Assembly: GCA_951406725.2 (NCBI GenBank)
Contig: OX597835.1
Span: 46,686,001-46,750,000 of the forward strand
Source: Octopus vulgaris
Lineage: Eukaryota
Direction of reading: 5' to 3'
DNA: 64,000 bases
A model generated the notes under the pieces. That model searched no databases. It was not told where the DNA came from and saw only the letters and a program-made list of their open reading frames with translations. Each line of letters opens with the position of its first letter. Position 1 is the first letter of the stretch. Position numbers and translations under genes: made by a program. Shown piece by piece: positions 26,849-37,934 of this stretch.

Positions 26849-26998
26849 TTTCTAAAGTCAGATGCTTTCCTATCGGTTACTTTTGCTGAACTGCTATGTT
26901 ACATGGCGCAAACAACCCAACACTGATTGTCGGGAGATTGTGCGTAACAAACACAAAACGCAGACACACGCACATATAAGTATATAATCCTACATACT

Positions 26999-27076
<78 letters not shown>

Positions 27077-28279
27077 AACATGTTTCCGTCTACCAAAGCC
27101 TACCACTTACAAAGCATTGGTCGGCCCGAGTCTCCAGCAGAAGACTCCTGCTCGAGGTGCCACGCAATGGGACTGAACCCGGATGTATGTTGTGTAACTA
27201 TGCCTTCCGCTTTAGTAATCTTGCTTCAACCACCACACCTGCTTGTTTATACTGTGTGCATTCGAACAGAAGATTAAGTTTAGCAGACACAATGCTGATT
27301 TGTGACTTGCCTTATTAAGCGAACCTCCCGACTTTTCTCCCACCTGTCGTCCCTCAACTGATTGCTCTGGTTTCAGTTACTTGCAGCTATGGCAAGAACA
27401 GCAGGGTGAAGGACAAACGTGCACATAGCCAGCTTTCGATCACATCGACCCGCAATACTGAACTGGTACATGTTTTACCGACTCCGAAATGATAAAAAGG
27501 GAAGTCGACGGACGAATGCAGCCAAGTATTTTAGCCCGACGTGCTAACGATTCTGCCAACACGCTGCCTGCAGCTTTTCAAATATTGGAATCGATTTCAT
27601 AAAAGTAATGATTTCAAATTTTAGCACAAGGCCAGCAAGTTCTGGGGTAGGGGGCTGATCGATTACATCGACTACAGTGCTCAACTGGTACTTATTTTAT
27701 CGACTCCGAAACTATGAATGATAAAGTCGATTTCGATGACATTTGAGCTCAGAACATAAAGACAGGCGAATGCGGCTAAGCAATTTTGCCCGACTTGCTA
27801 ACGACTTGTTCGCCGCCTGCAGCTTTTCAAATATTAGAATCGATTTAATATATTGGAAATATATTTCAGAAGTGCGTGATAATTAACAGAACTAAATTAT
27901 TAAATTTATTTTCAAATAGGGACAGAGACATGGGTGTTCGCATACACGCACAAACTGTGATGTTAACCATACATTCGACTAAAGCTTTTTCTAGGCAGTT
28001 AACTAGCATGGCTGCAGTCTAATGAAACAAGTTCAAGATTAAGGATTAAAGATATGTGTGTAGAGATGTTGTCTATGTTCGTTTGCAGTTTTGATTAGTT
28101 CATCACTGGGGTCGATGTATCCGACTTACCCACAACTCCGAAAGTGCTGGCCTCGTGCCAAAAATTCGAAACCAAATTGGGTCAAATAATATTTGCGAGT
28201 TTTATGGAATAGCAACACGGTGCACACCAGTCGTAGCTACGTTTTTAGAACGTGTGTGTTTGTGTGCGAATGTGTGTGT

Positions 28280-28334
<55 letters not shown>

Positions 28335-28553
28335 TACAGGGAGAAATTGATGGACAGATAACTTGTATGTCAACAGAATGTTTTTTAACTATTGAAGAGG
28401 TATAAATACACAAACGCGCATACACATATACATGCAGATTTATTAACAGATGAAGATACATGCATAAATGCGTACATACATACATACATACATACATATA
28501 ATATATATATATACAAATATATATATACAAATATATATACAAATACATATATA

Positions 28554-28596
<43 letters not shown>

Positions 28597-28624
28597 GAGA
28601 ATGAAGCAACAAGAATGGATAGGT

Positions 28625-28715
28625 TTTTAGTACAATCGTTTCATACAAGGACAGGTTTTATTAAAAGTTGCAAAAATTACAGCATATAAACGTGTCCCGT
28701 ACTCATCAGCTAAAA
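28625..28715 (-). ncRNA. minimal type I hammerhead ribozyme (inverted-arm copy)
   Basis: Reverse complement of 34235-34325. Confidence 0.85.
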
Positions 28716-29588
28716 TACATGTGAGTTCTCTAGACATCCTAGTGGTTGAGGCTATACTCATGAAGTAATGTAGATAATTAAGTAACATAAACAGATTTCA
28801 AAAGTTCATTAAAGTTCTTTAAAGATGATGTACAGTCTTATCACAGAATTTTAAAAAAGTCTTAATAGCATCACAGAGAAGGTGACCTAATCCATAGTGC
28901 ACATATGAATTTCCAGAGATATGATGAGGGATTACATACTCACAGAAGACAAATTTATCCATTGTTAATTACAACGAGGTGGGTTTCAATTCCTGCTTAT
29001 TAGCATTACAGAGAGGGTGAATTAATCCTTTGTATAGATGCACAATTTCCAATGGTGTAGGTGTAAATTTCCAAGGAATTTCATATTCACAGGCGATAAA
29101 TTTATCAATGGTTGAACACAATGAGGTAGGTATCAATTCTTGCTATATGATTAGGTATTTGCCACATTAATCACATTACTGCTATTTACAAGAGGCTGTA
29201 GCTATTTAACTTTTAAAGGCTGAAGGGCTTACTAGAGCTGTATAGAATAGAAAAGGGAAGGGCATAGAAGAAAAGAGAGAAAATAAAAGAGAGAAAATAA
29301 AAGAGGAGGGAGCAAAAAGGGGGGGAAAGGGGGACTCAAAGAGAAGAGAAAAGGAAAAAGAGAATAAGAAGAAGAAAAAGAAAAGAGAGAAAAGAGAAAG
29401 AAATAGGGAAGGAAGGGAAAAAAAGAAAAAGGAAGAAAAAAAGAAAAAAGAAGAAAGAAGAAAGAAGAAAGAAAAAGAAAAAAAGAGGGTTCTAGTTATA
29501 CAGAAGAATTAGTAGACGACAAGTCTGGTTTTAATTTACAGGCATCTAGGAATTAGAGGAGGATATTATTCTAGAGAACTCACATGTA

Positions 29589-29679
29589 TTTTAGCTGATG
29601 AGTACGGGACACGTTTATATGCTGTAATTTTTGCAACTTTTAATAAAACCTGTCCTTGTATGAAACGATTGTACTAAAA
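29589..29679 (+). ncRNA. minimal type I hammerhead ribozyme (5' pLTR copy)
   Basis: TTTTAG-CTGATGA-GTACGGGACA...TGTCCTTGTAT-GAAAC-GATT-GTA-CTAAAA; 6 bp stem I, extended stem II, predicted cleavage after 29673. Confidence 0.88.
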
Positions 29680-29881
29680 ACCTATCCATTCTTGTTGCTT
29701 CATTCTCGCTTATAATCACCCCACATTACTGTATTGTTAAATCAGTATAGTTTTTTTGGTGCATCTAAGTTAGGTACCATATTCAAGTAAATTCATTTAA
29801 ATTAACTTGAATCTTTATTGCTTTTTGAATATATTCCCATACAGTCTGTATGTTTTTCTGGTACTTAATTTCTCAGCAAGA

Positions 29882-32212
29882 ATGGAAAAAGTAAACATTG
29901 AGTTCTCCCCTAAAGACATCCCCTTACATAGTATAGATGAATATAATTGGCTTCTCATTCATAGGATTAACGATTTCATCAGAAGAATCAGGTGGAAAAC
30001 GTACCATTTTGATGTCAAACAGAAGAAGAAACCACAGGAAAGGAATACCGAAATGAATTTTAGAAGAATTTTTAAAAGTAGAAAAAGCCCACCTCAGAAC
30101 CCATTCCTGGAGAATTTTGAGAAAGACTTGCTGAATCTTATAGATGATATTAGCTTCAAGGAACACCCGTTAAGGTATAACCCTCACCTTAGACACCTTA
30201 GGAACTTTATTCAGTCAACCCGGTGCAAACATGGAATCCTAGTACCAGCAGATAAAACGGGTAATATGTATAGAGTTGATTACGATATTTATAGCAAATT
30301 AATTAGGAAAGAACTAAACTCCAAATATAAAATTACGACTAGGATTAATTTGAAAAAAGTAAACATGGAAATGAAAGAGATCATGGAAAAGCTAAATTTA
30401 ACGGATAGAACGGAGCCACTTAAACCGTGTGAGCCCAGGATCAACCTTAAAGACCACAAAAAGAACTTCTTGGAAAACCCTTCGGTAAGGCTGATCTGTC
30501 CAACTAGGTCGGACATTGGCCGACTTAGTAAATCTATCTTGGATACTGTTCTACCCCAAATAACCCCTCTTCTCCCCTTAAACCTATGGCTAAGTACCGA
30601 TGAAGTTCTAAAATGGTTTAACTCTCTAACTAATACTAGTAGTCTGTCCTTTATTCAGTTCGATATTAATAGTTATTACTCTAGCATTTCCCCTATCTTA
30701 CTCAACAAATCACTAATATTTGCCATGAATCGCTCCCTCATATCTAGAGAAGAAATCAATATTGTGCTACTAGCTAGGAAGACATTTATAGAATTTGAAG
30801 ATAAATTATGGACTAGAGCAGATACACCAAATTTTTTTGATATACCAATGGGTTCCAGTGATTCGGCTGAGGTAACCAACCTAGTAGGCGCATATCTATT
30901 AAAATGCATAAGCAAGGATATCCCAGAATTACAGGGGGGTCTATATAGGGATGATGCTCTGTTTGTTATCCCTAGTAATAATAAATCTGTTATAGAAAGG
31001 ATTAGAAAGAAAATTAATAAGTTCTTTAGGGATTTCAACCTCAGTATAACGTATGAACCGGGCACTAAAATAGTTAATTTCCTAGATACTACGCTAGACC
31101 TTAACTCCAAACTACATTACCCATTTAGAAAGGAAGGTGAAATCACGAATTACGTAAATAAATTATCAAATCATCCCCCAAATATTATAGAATCTTTAGT
31201 AAGAAATATTTCATTAAGAATTTCAAAATTATCATCCAATAAGGATATTTTTAACTCCCATTCTGAGCATTATAATGCGGCGTTAACTAAGGCTGGATAC
31301 AACCAAAAGATTACATTCGTTGATAAGGGGAACTCACGTATTCCTAATAATGAAGTTATCAATAATCACGTAAGCAGCAATAAAGTCCAAGCCCGAAATA
31401 AAAGTAGAATTAAACTAACGGTAAACGCTAATCTAGCGTACAGGCCCAACAATTCAAATAGAAACATTGACCAGAACATAGGTAACTCGGATAGTATTGA
31501 AGTAGATAAACCTAAGATGCACACAAATAAAAATAAAAATAATGGTAATAAATACAATAACTCCGGTGAGATGAATAGTAATAATTCTACGAACCCTAAA
31601 TTTAATAAAAAAGATATATTATGGCTGAATATTCCTTTCAACTGTGCGATACAATCGGATATACAGAACAAATTCAAAGTGATTCTGGAAAAAAATTTCC
31701 CTATCTCTCATAGATATCATAGAATTATTTCTAGGAAAACAGTTAGGATTTCTTATTCAACCCTCCCAAATATGTCCACTTTAATAGCTAAGATTAATAA
31801 TAACAACATTAAACTAGCCAGGAAAGATAGAAATATAAATAATAATAATAATAATAATAATAATATCAGCATGAATACCAATAGAAATTGTAATAATACT
31901 ACCAACAATAAAAACAGCAATAGTAACTATCAAAACATAGGTGAAATTAGTAACCACAGAATGACTAATAACATTAACATTAATAGTAATAATAGCAATG
32001 CCGATATTAGTAGAAGTAATAATGTTAATAATAGAAATAATAGAAATAGGGAAAATAGAGAAAATAAGGAGAATGAAAATATTAGTGATATCTATAACAA
32101 CAAGATGCAGTCGGATAAAAAGACTAGCAATAATATTAACATTACCAATAATATAAGAAATCATGGTAGGACTTTAGATCTAAATAATGAAACAGAAAGG
32201 ATCAAGAAATAA
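29882..32212 (+). CDS. Penelope-like reverse transcriptase with Asn-rich C-terminal linker
   Basis: The frame is open from 29807; first ATG at 29882 (MEKVNIEF). PLE RT motifs: ADKTG, LKDHK, RLICP, FIQFDINSYYSSI (motif A), PMGSSDSAEVTNL (motif B), YRDD (motif C), FLDTTL, YVNKLSNHPPNI. Confidence 0.93.
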   Translation: MEKVNIEFSPKDIPLHSIDEYNWLLIHRINDFIRRIRWKTYHFDVKQKKKPQERNTEMNFRRIFKSRKSPPQNPFLENFEKDLLNLIDDISFKEHPLRYNPHLRHLRNFIQSTRCKHGILVPADKTGNMYRVDYDIYSKLIRKELNSKYKITTRINLKKVNMEMKEIMEKLNLTDRTEPLKPCEPRINLKDHKKNFLENPSVRLICPTRSDIGRLSKSILDTVLPQITPLLPLNLWLSTDEVLKWFNSLTNTSSLSFIQFDINSYYSSISPILLNKSLIFAMNRSLISREEINIVLLARKTFIEFEDKLWTRADTPNFFDIPMGSSDSAEVTNLVGAYLLKCISKDIPELQGGLYRDDALFVIPSNNKSVIERIRKKINKFFRDFNLSITYEPGTKIVNFLDTTLDLNSKLHYPFRKEGEITNYVNKLSNHPPNIIESLVRNISLRISKLSSNKDIFNSHSEHYNAALTKAGYNQKITFVDKGNSRIPNNEVINNHVSSNKVQARNKSRIKLTVNANLAYRPNNSNRNIDQNIGNSDSIEVDKPKMHTNKNKNNGNKYNNSGEMNSNNSTNPKFNKKDILWLNIPFNCAIQSDIQNKFKVILEKNFPISHRYHRIISRKTVRISYSTLPNMSTLIAKINNNNIKLARKDRNINNNNNNNNNISMNTNRNCNNTTNNKNSNSNYQNIGEISNHRMTNNININSNNSNADISRSNNVNNRNNRNRENRENKENENISDIYNNKMQSDKKTSNNINITNNIRNHGRTLDLNNETERIKK

Positions 32213-32744
32213 TAGCAATACTTTAGATATCAGCACCAACTATAGAAATGATAATCAAAATAATAGGAACCTAAAACATCTACCCAAGAATAATCCAAAG
32301 CCTGAAGGTGTTCCTCCTGTGTGTAAGTGTAGAATAAAATCAAAATGCCCGGCACCTGGTCTATGTGGAGAAAATAATGTAATCTATAAATGTACCATAT
32401 CCACGGAGAATAACAAATATTATTACATTGGATGTACAATTAATTTTTTAGCTAGAGTTAGAAATCACATCTCGACTTTTAAATTACGTCATAAAGCTGG
32501 TACCACCACACTTTCAAACAAAATCTGGGAACTCAAAAATAATAATAAAAATTATAACCTTAATTGGGAAATAGTTAGGAGAGCAATTCCGTATAAAAAT
32601 AGTAGGGTTGGTTGCCAACTATGCTCCATGGAGACATATGAAATTCTAAAGCATAGAAAACATAGAAACCTATTGAATAACCATATCGAACTAGGTCAAG
32701 TTTGTGTCCACGCTAAATTGAAGACTTTAAAATATTTTAAATGA
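32187..32744 (+). CDS. Penelope-like GIY-YIG endonuclease with Cys/His motifs (+1 frame relative to RT)
   Basis: CKC..K.KCP..G.C...NVIYKCTI...YYYIGCT...ARVRNH...F...TTLSNKIWELK...CQLC..E...LLN...CVH. Confidence 0.9.
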   Translation: MKQKGSRNNSNTLDISTNYRNDNQNNRNLKHLPKNNPKPEGVPPVCKCRIKSKCPAPGLCGENNVIYKCTISTENNKYYYIGCTINFLARVRNHISTFKLRHKAGTTTLSNKIWELKNNNKNYNLNWEIVRRAIPYKNSRVGCQLCSMETYEILKHRKHRNLLNNHIELGQVCVHAKLKTLKYFK

Positions 32745-34234
32745 TTAGAATATTCGTAACTAGATAGTTAGATATAACCTGATTTCTACTGGTATAGCAC
32801 TGCTTTAAGTAGATAACTAAGAGTTCTCACACTACAGTTATCTTTTTCCTATATCTGCATCAGTTTTTTGAGAACAGGGAAATGAATAGCACTTATTCGC
32901 TGCTTAATTGAGGCTTTATTTAATTTCAAACTCACAATTTTTAAATTTTTAAATTCTTAATTTTAAATCTTAATTGTAATTTTTAATTTTAGTTCCTAAC
33001 TTAATCTAATTTAATTAGCATAACTCTAATTAATTAAAATGAGTTACTATAGACCCATAATTCTATTTCAAAATTAAATAAATGAGACTATTCCCTCGGT
33101 GATAATATGATTATCTTCATTATGATAGACAATCCCCTAACACCTTTTAAATGATCTTCTAAGATTTGACCTGTAGTCCGTCAATGTATGAATAATAACG
33201 GCAACTCCTTAAGACAATAAAATGAATAAATTAAATAAGTAAATTTTAATGACTTTTTGATAAGATTATACCTAGTTTTCCCTAATGTATTTTCTGGTGA
33301 TTTTAGCATCTGACCCCGAAACCCCTAACTGTGTTATCTCTTTAGATTCTCTTTAAATTCATAGCTGATTTCAACAGCAATAAATTAGCTGTTTTAACTG
33401 GTCAAAGAATAATATCCTCCTCTAATTCCTAGATGCCTGTAAATTAAAACCAGACTTGTCGTCTACTAATTCTTCTGTATAACTAGAACCCTCTTTTTTT
33501 CTTTTTCTTTCTTCTTTTTTCTTTTTTTCTTCCTTTTTCTTTTTTTCCCTTCCTTCCCTATTTCTTTCTCTTTTCTCTCTTTTCTTTTTCTTCTTCTTAT
33601 TCTCTTTTTCCTTTTCTCTTCTCTTTGAGTCCCCCTTTCCCCCCCTTTTTGCTCCCTCCTCTTTTATTTTCTCTCTTTTCTTCTATGCCCTTCCCTTTTC
33701 TATTCTATACAGCTCTAGTAAGCCCTTCAGCCTTTAAAAGTTAAATAGCTACAGCCTCTTGTAAATAGCAGTAATGTGATTAATGTGGCAAATACCTAAT
33801 CATATAGCAAGAATTGATACCTACCTCATTGTGTTCAACCATTGATAAATTTATCGCCTGTGAATATGAAATTCCTTGGAAATTTACACCTACACCATTG
33901 GAAATTGTGCATCTATACAAAGGATTAATTCACCCTCTCTGTAATGCTAATAAGCAGGAATTGAAACCCACCTCGTTGTAATTAACAATGGATAAATTTG
34001 TCTTCTGTGAGTATGTAATCCCTCATCATATCTCTGGAAATTCATATGTGCACTATGGATTAAGTCACCTTCTCTGTGATGCTATTAAGACTTTTTTAAA
34101 ATTCTGTGATAAGACTGTACATCATCTTTAAAGAACTTTAATGAACTTTTGAAATCTGTTTATGTTACTTAATTATCTACATTACTTCATGAGTATAGCC
34201 TCAACCACTAGGATGTCTAGAGAACTCACATGTA

Positions 34235-34325
34235 TTTTAGCTGATGAGTACGGGACACGTTTATATGCTGTAATTTTTGCAACTTTTAATAAAACCTGTC
34301 CTTGTATGAAACGATTGTACTAAAA
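34235..34325 (+). ncRNA. minimal type I hammerhead ribozyme (3' pLTR copy)
   Basis: Same sequence as 29589-29679; predicted cleavage after 34319. Confidence 0.88.
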
Positions 34326-34469
34326 ACCTATCCATTCTTGTTGCTTCATTCTCGCTTATAATCACCCCACATTACTGTATTGTTAAATCAGTATAGTTTT
34401 TTTTGGTGCATCTAAGTTAGGTACCATATTCAAGTAAATTCATTTAAATTAACTTGAATCTTTATTGCT

Positions 34470-34506
<37 letters not shown>

Positions 34507-34536
34507 CAAAATAAATAACAGAATTTCAAGTAGTAA

Positions 34537-34623
34537 TGCAGTACGACCGTTTCAAGTGGCTCCATTTAATTGAACAATGCAATCATTACATCAATTTGAA
34601 TACAAAGCTATCTTCAGCTGTAC
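34537..34623 (-). ncRNA. minimal type I hammerhead ribozyme motif
   Basis: Minus strand TACAG-CTGAAGA-TAGCTTT...GGAGCCACTT-GAAAC-GGTC-GTA-CTGCA; same family as 7602-7687. Confidence 0.7.
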
Positions 34624-35338
34624 AAATATAGATTTTCAACAGACCAGATATATTATTATTATTTTTCGTCAGTATTTAAACAGACCAAGTGGATGGAAGG
34701 AATTCATGTTGCCACTATTACCAAGAACATCTAAGAGAATACGAAACTATAATTCTTAGAGTGGCATAGAACACAGTGGGGGGGGGGTCATAGGTTAGTA
34801 ATACATTTCCAATTTATCGATCTCCTTTGCTAACTTGGTTATGATATCCCTTTCTAGAATTGAAACATTTTTATTAATGTAATTTTATTTTTATACAACA
34901 TAACAATATTTGTTTATAAACGTTCTTCCACTGAGCCCCTAATGTTTTCCAGGTGCTCATTAATGCATCCTAAGTTTTATAGAGTCTCAATGAAGTCGCG
35001 TCTTGTCCTTGCCTTCGAAACTTGGAGTAGATGAAACAGGGTCAACTGAAGAAGGGGAGTATTCTTTAAGCTGTATGTCTTGTTTCGCTTTTTGTTTTTT
35101 TTTTCGTTGTTCGAAAAAAAGTTCGTTTCTATGTTTTTGTTTTTATGTTTTCGTTTCTCATTGTGTTCAACGTTGTTTTGATGTCCTGTACCCATATATG
35201 CAAGTATATATACATATATATGTAGGTATGTGCATATATGTATGTATATATGCATATATTTATATATATATATATTTTATTATATATATATATATATATA
35301 TATATTTATCAAAAGAAAAACAGGATGCAAAGGACTTA

Positions 35339-35425
35339 GCGGTACATATGTTTCTGGCTTTATTGGACAGTTTATATCAATGCATAATTGATGTAACATG
35401 TATGTCAAAAGCCTTCTTCAGCCGC
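35339..35425 (-). ncRNA. minimal type I hammerhead ribozyme motif
   Basis: Minus strand GCGG-CTGAAGA-A-GGCTTT...AAAGCC-A-GAAAC-ATAT-GTA-CCGC. Confidence 0.85.
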
Positions 35426-35555
35426 GCACAATTACCACACCAAAGACATGTATTATATATATATATAAATGTGTGTGTGCATGTTTGTGTGCATTTGTAG
35501 GTGCGTGTGCGTGGTGTGGTGGTGGTGGTGTGTGTATGTGCATGTTCGTGTATGT

Positions 35556-35590
<35 letters not shown>

Positions 35591-36213
35591 GTATAGGTAA
35601 CAATTATATGTAGCACAGTCACATGGCCACAGTTTATTGGTATGATAGGTAATAAAATGAGACTTGAAGTGAGGTACAGACAGTTAGCAAGTAATGGATT
35701 GCTCATAGGAATCAAACGCTCCGGGGCCCAACATGTTCATCCGGTTGGGGTAAGTCCAGCGGTAAAACAGTTGAACAGATGAATGACTGAAACCGAGCGA
35801 ATATAGAAATAGAAAAACAGACGAACGATGACGGATTTAAAGAATCTATTCACATAAAAAGTTGCGGGTGTAGCACAATTTTTGTACTTGGGTGGCAACT
35901 GTTACCCCAACAAAGTATAAGAATACTTCTCTTTAATTTTGATTTTGATACATTTATTCAAACCCCCAAAGATTCCCTTCTCAACACATGGCTATGATGC
36001 TCTTCCGCTACTTCTGCTTTTCATCTGGTATGCACGTATGGTCAGTCACTGAGGGACATGCTCAAGGGGTTAAGGCCAAGCAGCTGAAAAGCAAATCTAT
36101 GATATTGAGCAGAATATTTACAATAATGATATTTTTGCTGGAGCAAATCAGCGCTGAATCTGTTTGAAATATAATACAAAATATGTCACAAAAGCATAGT
36201 GAAATACCAATAA

Positions 36214-36287
<74 letters not shown>

Positions 36288-36744
36288 CACGTTAGTTGCG
36301 TAAAACTTATTGACAAAACCAATCCCATTATAGGATTTCCACAATTAATATCCGAAGCACGTAGGTGGTAAAAATTGCAGAACAAAATATGTTGAAATAT
36401 TGATTTCAAATTTTGGCACAAGGCCAGCAATTTCAAGAGAGGGGCTAAGTCGAGTACATCGACCCCGGTGTTCAATTGCAACTTGTTTTATCCATCCTGT
36501 AAGGAGGAAAGACAAAGTTGACCCAGATAGTATTTTTGCTCGGCGTTTGTTGAAATATTGACCACAAGTTGCACTTCTGCCTAAATTTGAAAACAGTATT
36601 GGTTACACGAGTAAGTGAATAGGTAAATGGTCGCATATTACAGAAAGAAAGAAAGAAAGAAAGAAATTCTAATGAAATACTAATCGCCAACGTAAAGAAG
36701 TATCTGTTTTCATTCACTTACACTTACTTCCATTAGTATTGTAT

Positions 36745-37320
36745 AATCCTTTCTGCTCTAGGTACAAAGCCTGAAATTTTCGGGGAGGGGACTAGTCGAT
36801 TACATCGATCCCAGTGCTCAACTGGTACTTAATTTACCGACCCCGAAAGGATGAACGGTAAAGTCGACCTCGGCGAAATTTGAACTCAGAACGTAGAGAC
36901 ACGAAATACCTATTTCTTTACTGCCCACAAGGGGCTAAACATAGAGGGGACAAACAAAGACAGACATAGGTATTAAGTCGATTACATCGACCCCAGTGCG
37001 TAACTGGTACTTAATTCACCGACCCCGAAAGGATGAACGGTAAAGTCGACCTCGGCGAAATTTGAACTCAGAACGTAGAGACACGAAATACCTATTTCTT
37101 TACTACCCACAAGGGGCTAAACACAGAGAGGACAAACAAGGACAGACATAGGTATTAAGTCGATAACATCGACCCCAGTGCGTAACTGGTACTTAATTTA
37201 TCGACCCCGAAAGGATGAAAGGCAAAGTCGACCTCGGCGGAATTTGAACTCAGAACGCAGCAGCGGACGAAATACCACAAAGCATTTCTCCCGGCGTGCT
37301 AACGTTTCTGCCAGCTCGCC
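36745..37320 (-). mobile_element. tRNA-derived SINE family B (Nin/Deu-like core), tandemly reiterated with 182 bp period
   Basis: Minus-strand head GGCGAGCTGGCAGAAACGTTAGCACGCCGGG...GAGTTCAAATTCC and core GCCTTTCATCCTTTCGGGGTCGATAAATTAAGTACCAG; units start at 36795, 36977 and 37159. Confidence 0.85.
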
Positions 37321-37646
37321 GACTTATTAACATTGTGTGATAAAATGAAAGAGTGATGCGCATTAAAGCACTCCCTGTTCTGCAATATTCCTTTGGTTTA
37401 ATCGGTTTGCTCAGTGGTTCTCAACCGGGGTCCATTTGGCTCTCGGGTGTCCATGTAAGATTTTCCTGTTAAAAATTTATCTGCAAAAAATTGGTTAAAA
37501 CTTCTTCAATACACAAATAATTCTAACAATTTTCTTTTATACAATTGCTAAAAATATTTAACAATTAAAAATATTATAGGAGTCAAGTAGAATAAAATAG
37601 AAATCAAAAGGGTCCATAAATAATCCTTTCGGTTGTGTAGCGAGAC

Positions 37647-37934
37647 CAGTGGTTCCAAAAGTGGGCGATATTGCCCCACTGGGGGAGGTGAAAAGATTCG
37701 TGGGGTGCGCTGAAGAAAAGTGGGAGTGAAAATGAGGTGACCACAAAGGGCGATGGATGTCACGAAACCCAAAATAATGGGTTGACTAGGTTAAGTTTTA
37801 CTTGTGAAATACAGGTGTTTTGAATTTGCTACAGAAAGTGGTCTATGTTTGTAGTGAGGAGCGAAGGAGGGCCCTAGGAATGTGGCCCGGTTGCCAAGGG
37901 GGTACATTAGCCCGAAAAAGTTTGAGAGTCACTG
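37647..37934. mobile_element. hAT-like MITE
   Basis: Termini CAGTGGTTCCAAAA / TTTGAGAGTCACTG; 8 bp flanks AGCGAGAC and AGTCAGAC match at 6 of 8 positions (decayed TSD). Confidence 0.7.

Larger units (their letters stand above)
28596..34473 (+). mobile_element. near-intact Penelope-like retroelement (EN+, C-terminal GIY-YIG) with direct pseudo-LTR and inverted 5' arm
   Basis: RT and GIY-YIG ORFs; direct repeat 29570-29826 / 34216-34473; inverted repeat 28596-29572 / 33406-34354; three HHR copies; (TA)n on both flanks. Confidence 0.95.

Noticed and set aside
28596-29572. Inverted arm as an assembly or chimeric-read artefact, or as a DNA-transposon TIR
   Set aside because: The arms differ by a substitution and indels in the purine tract, the junction shows microhomology to the pLTR start, and this geometry is typical of Penelope-like insertions.
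29924-32164. Antisense ORFs within the RT gene
   Set aside because: Short shadow ORFs of an AT-biased coding strand with no recognisable motifs.
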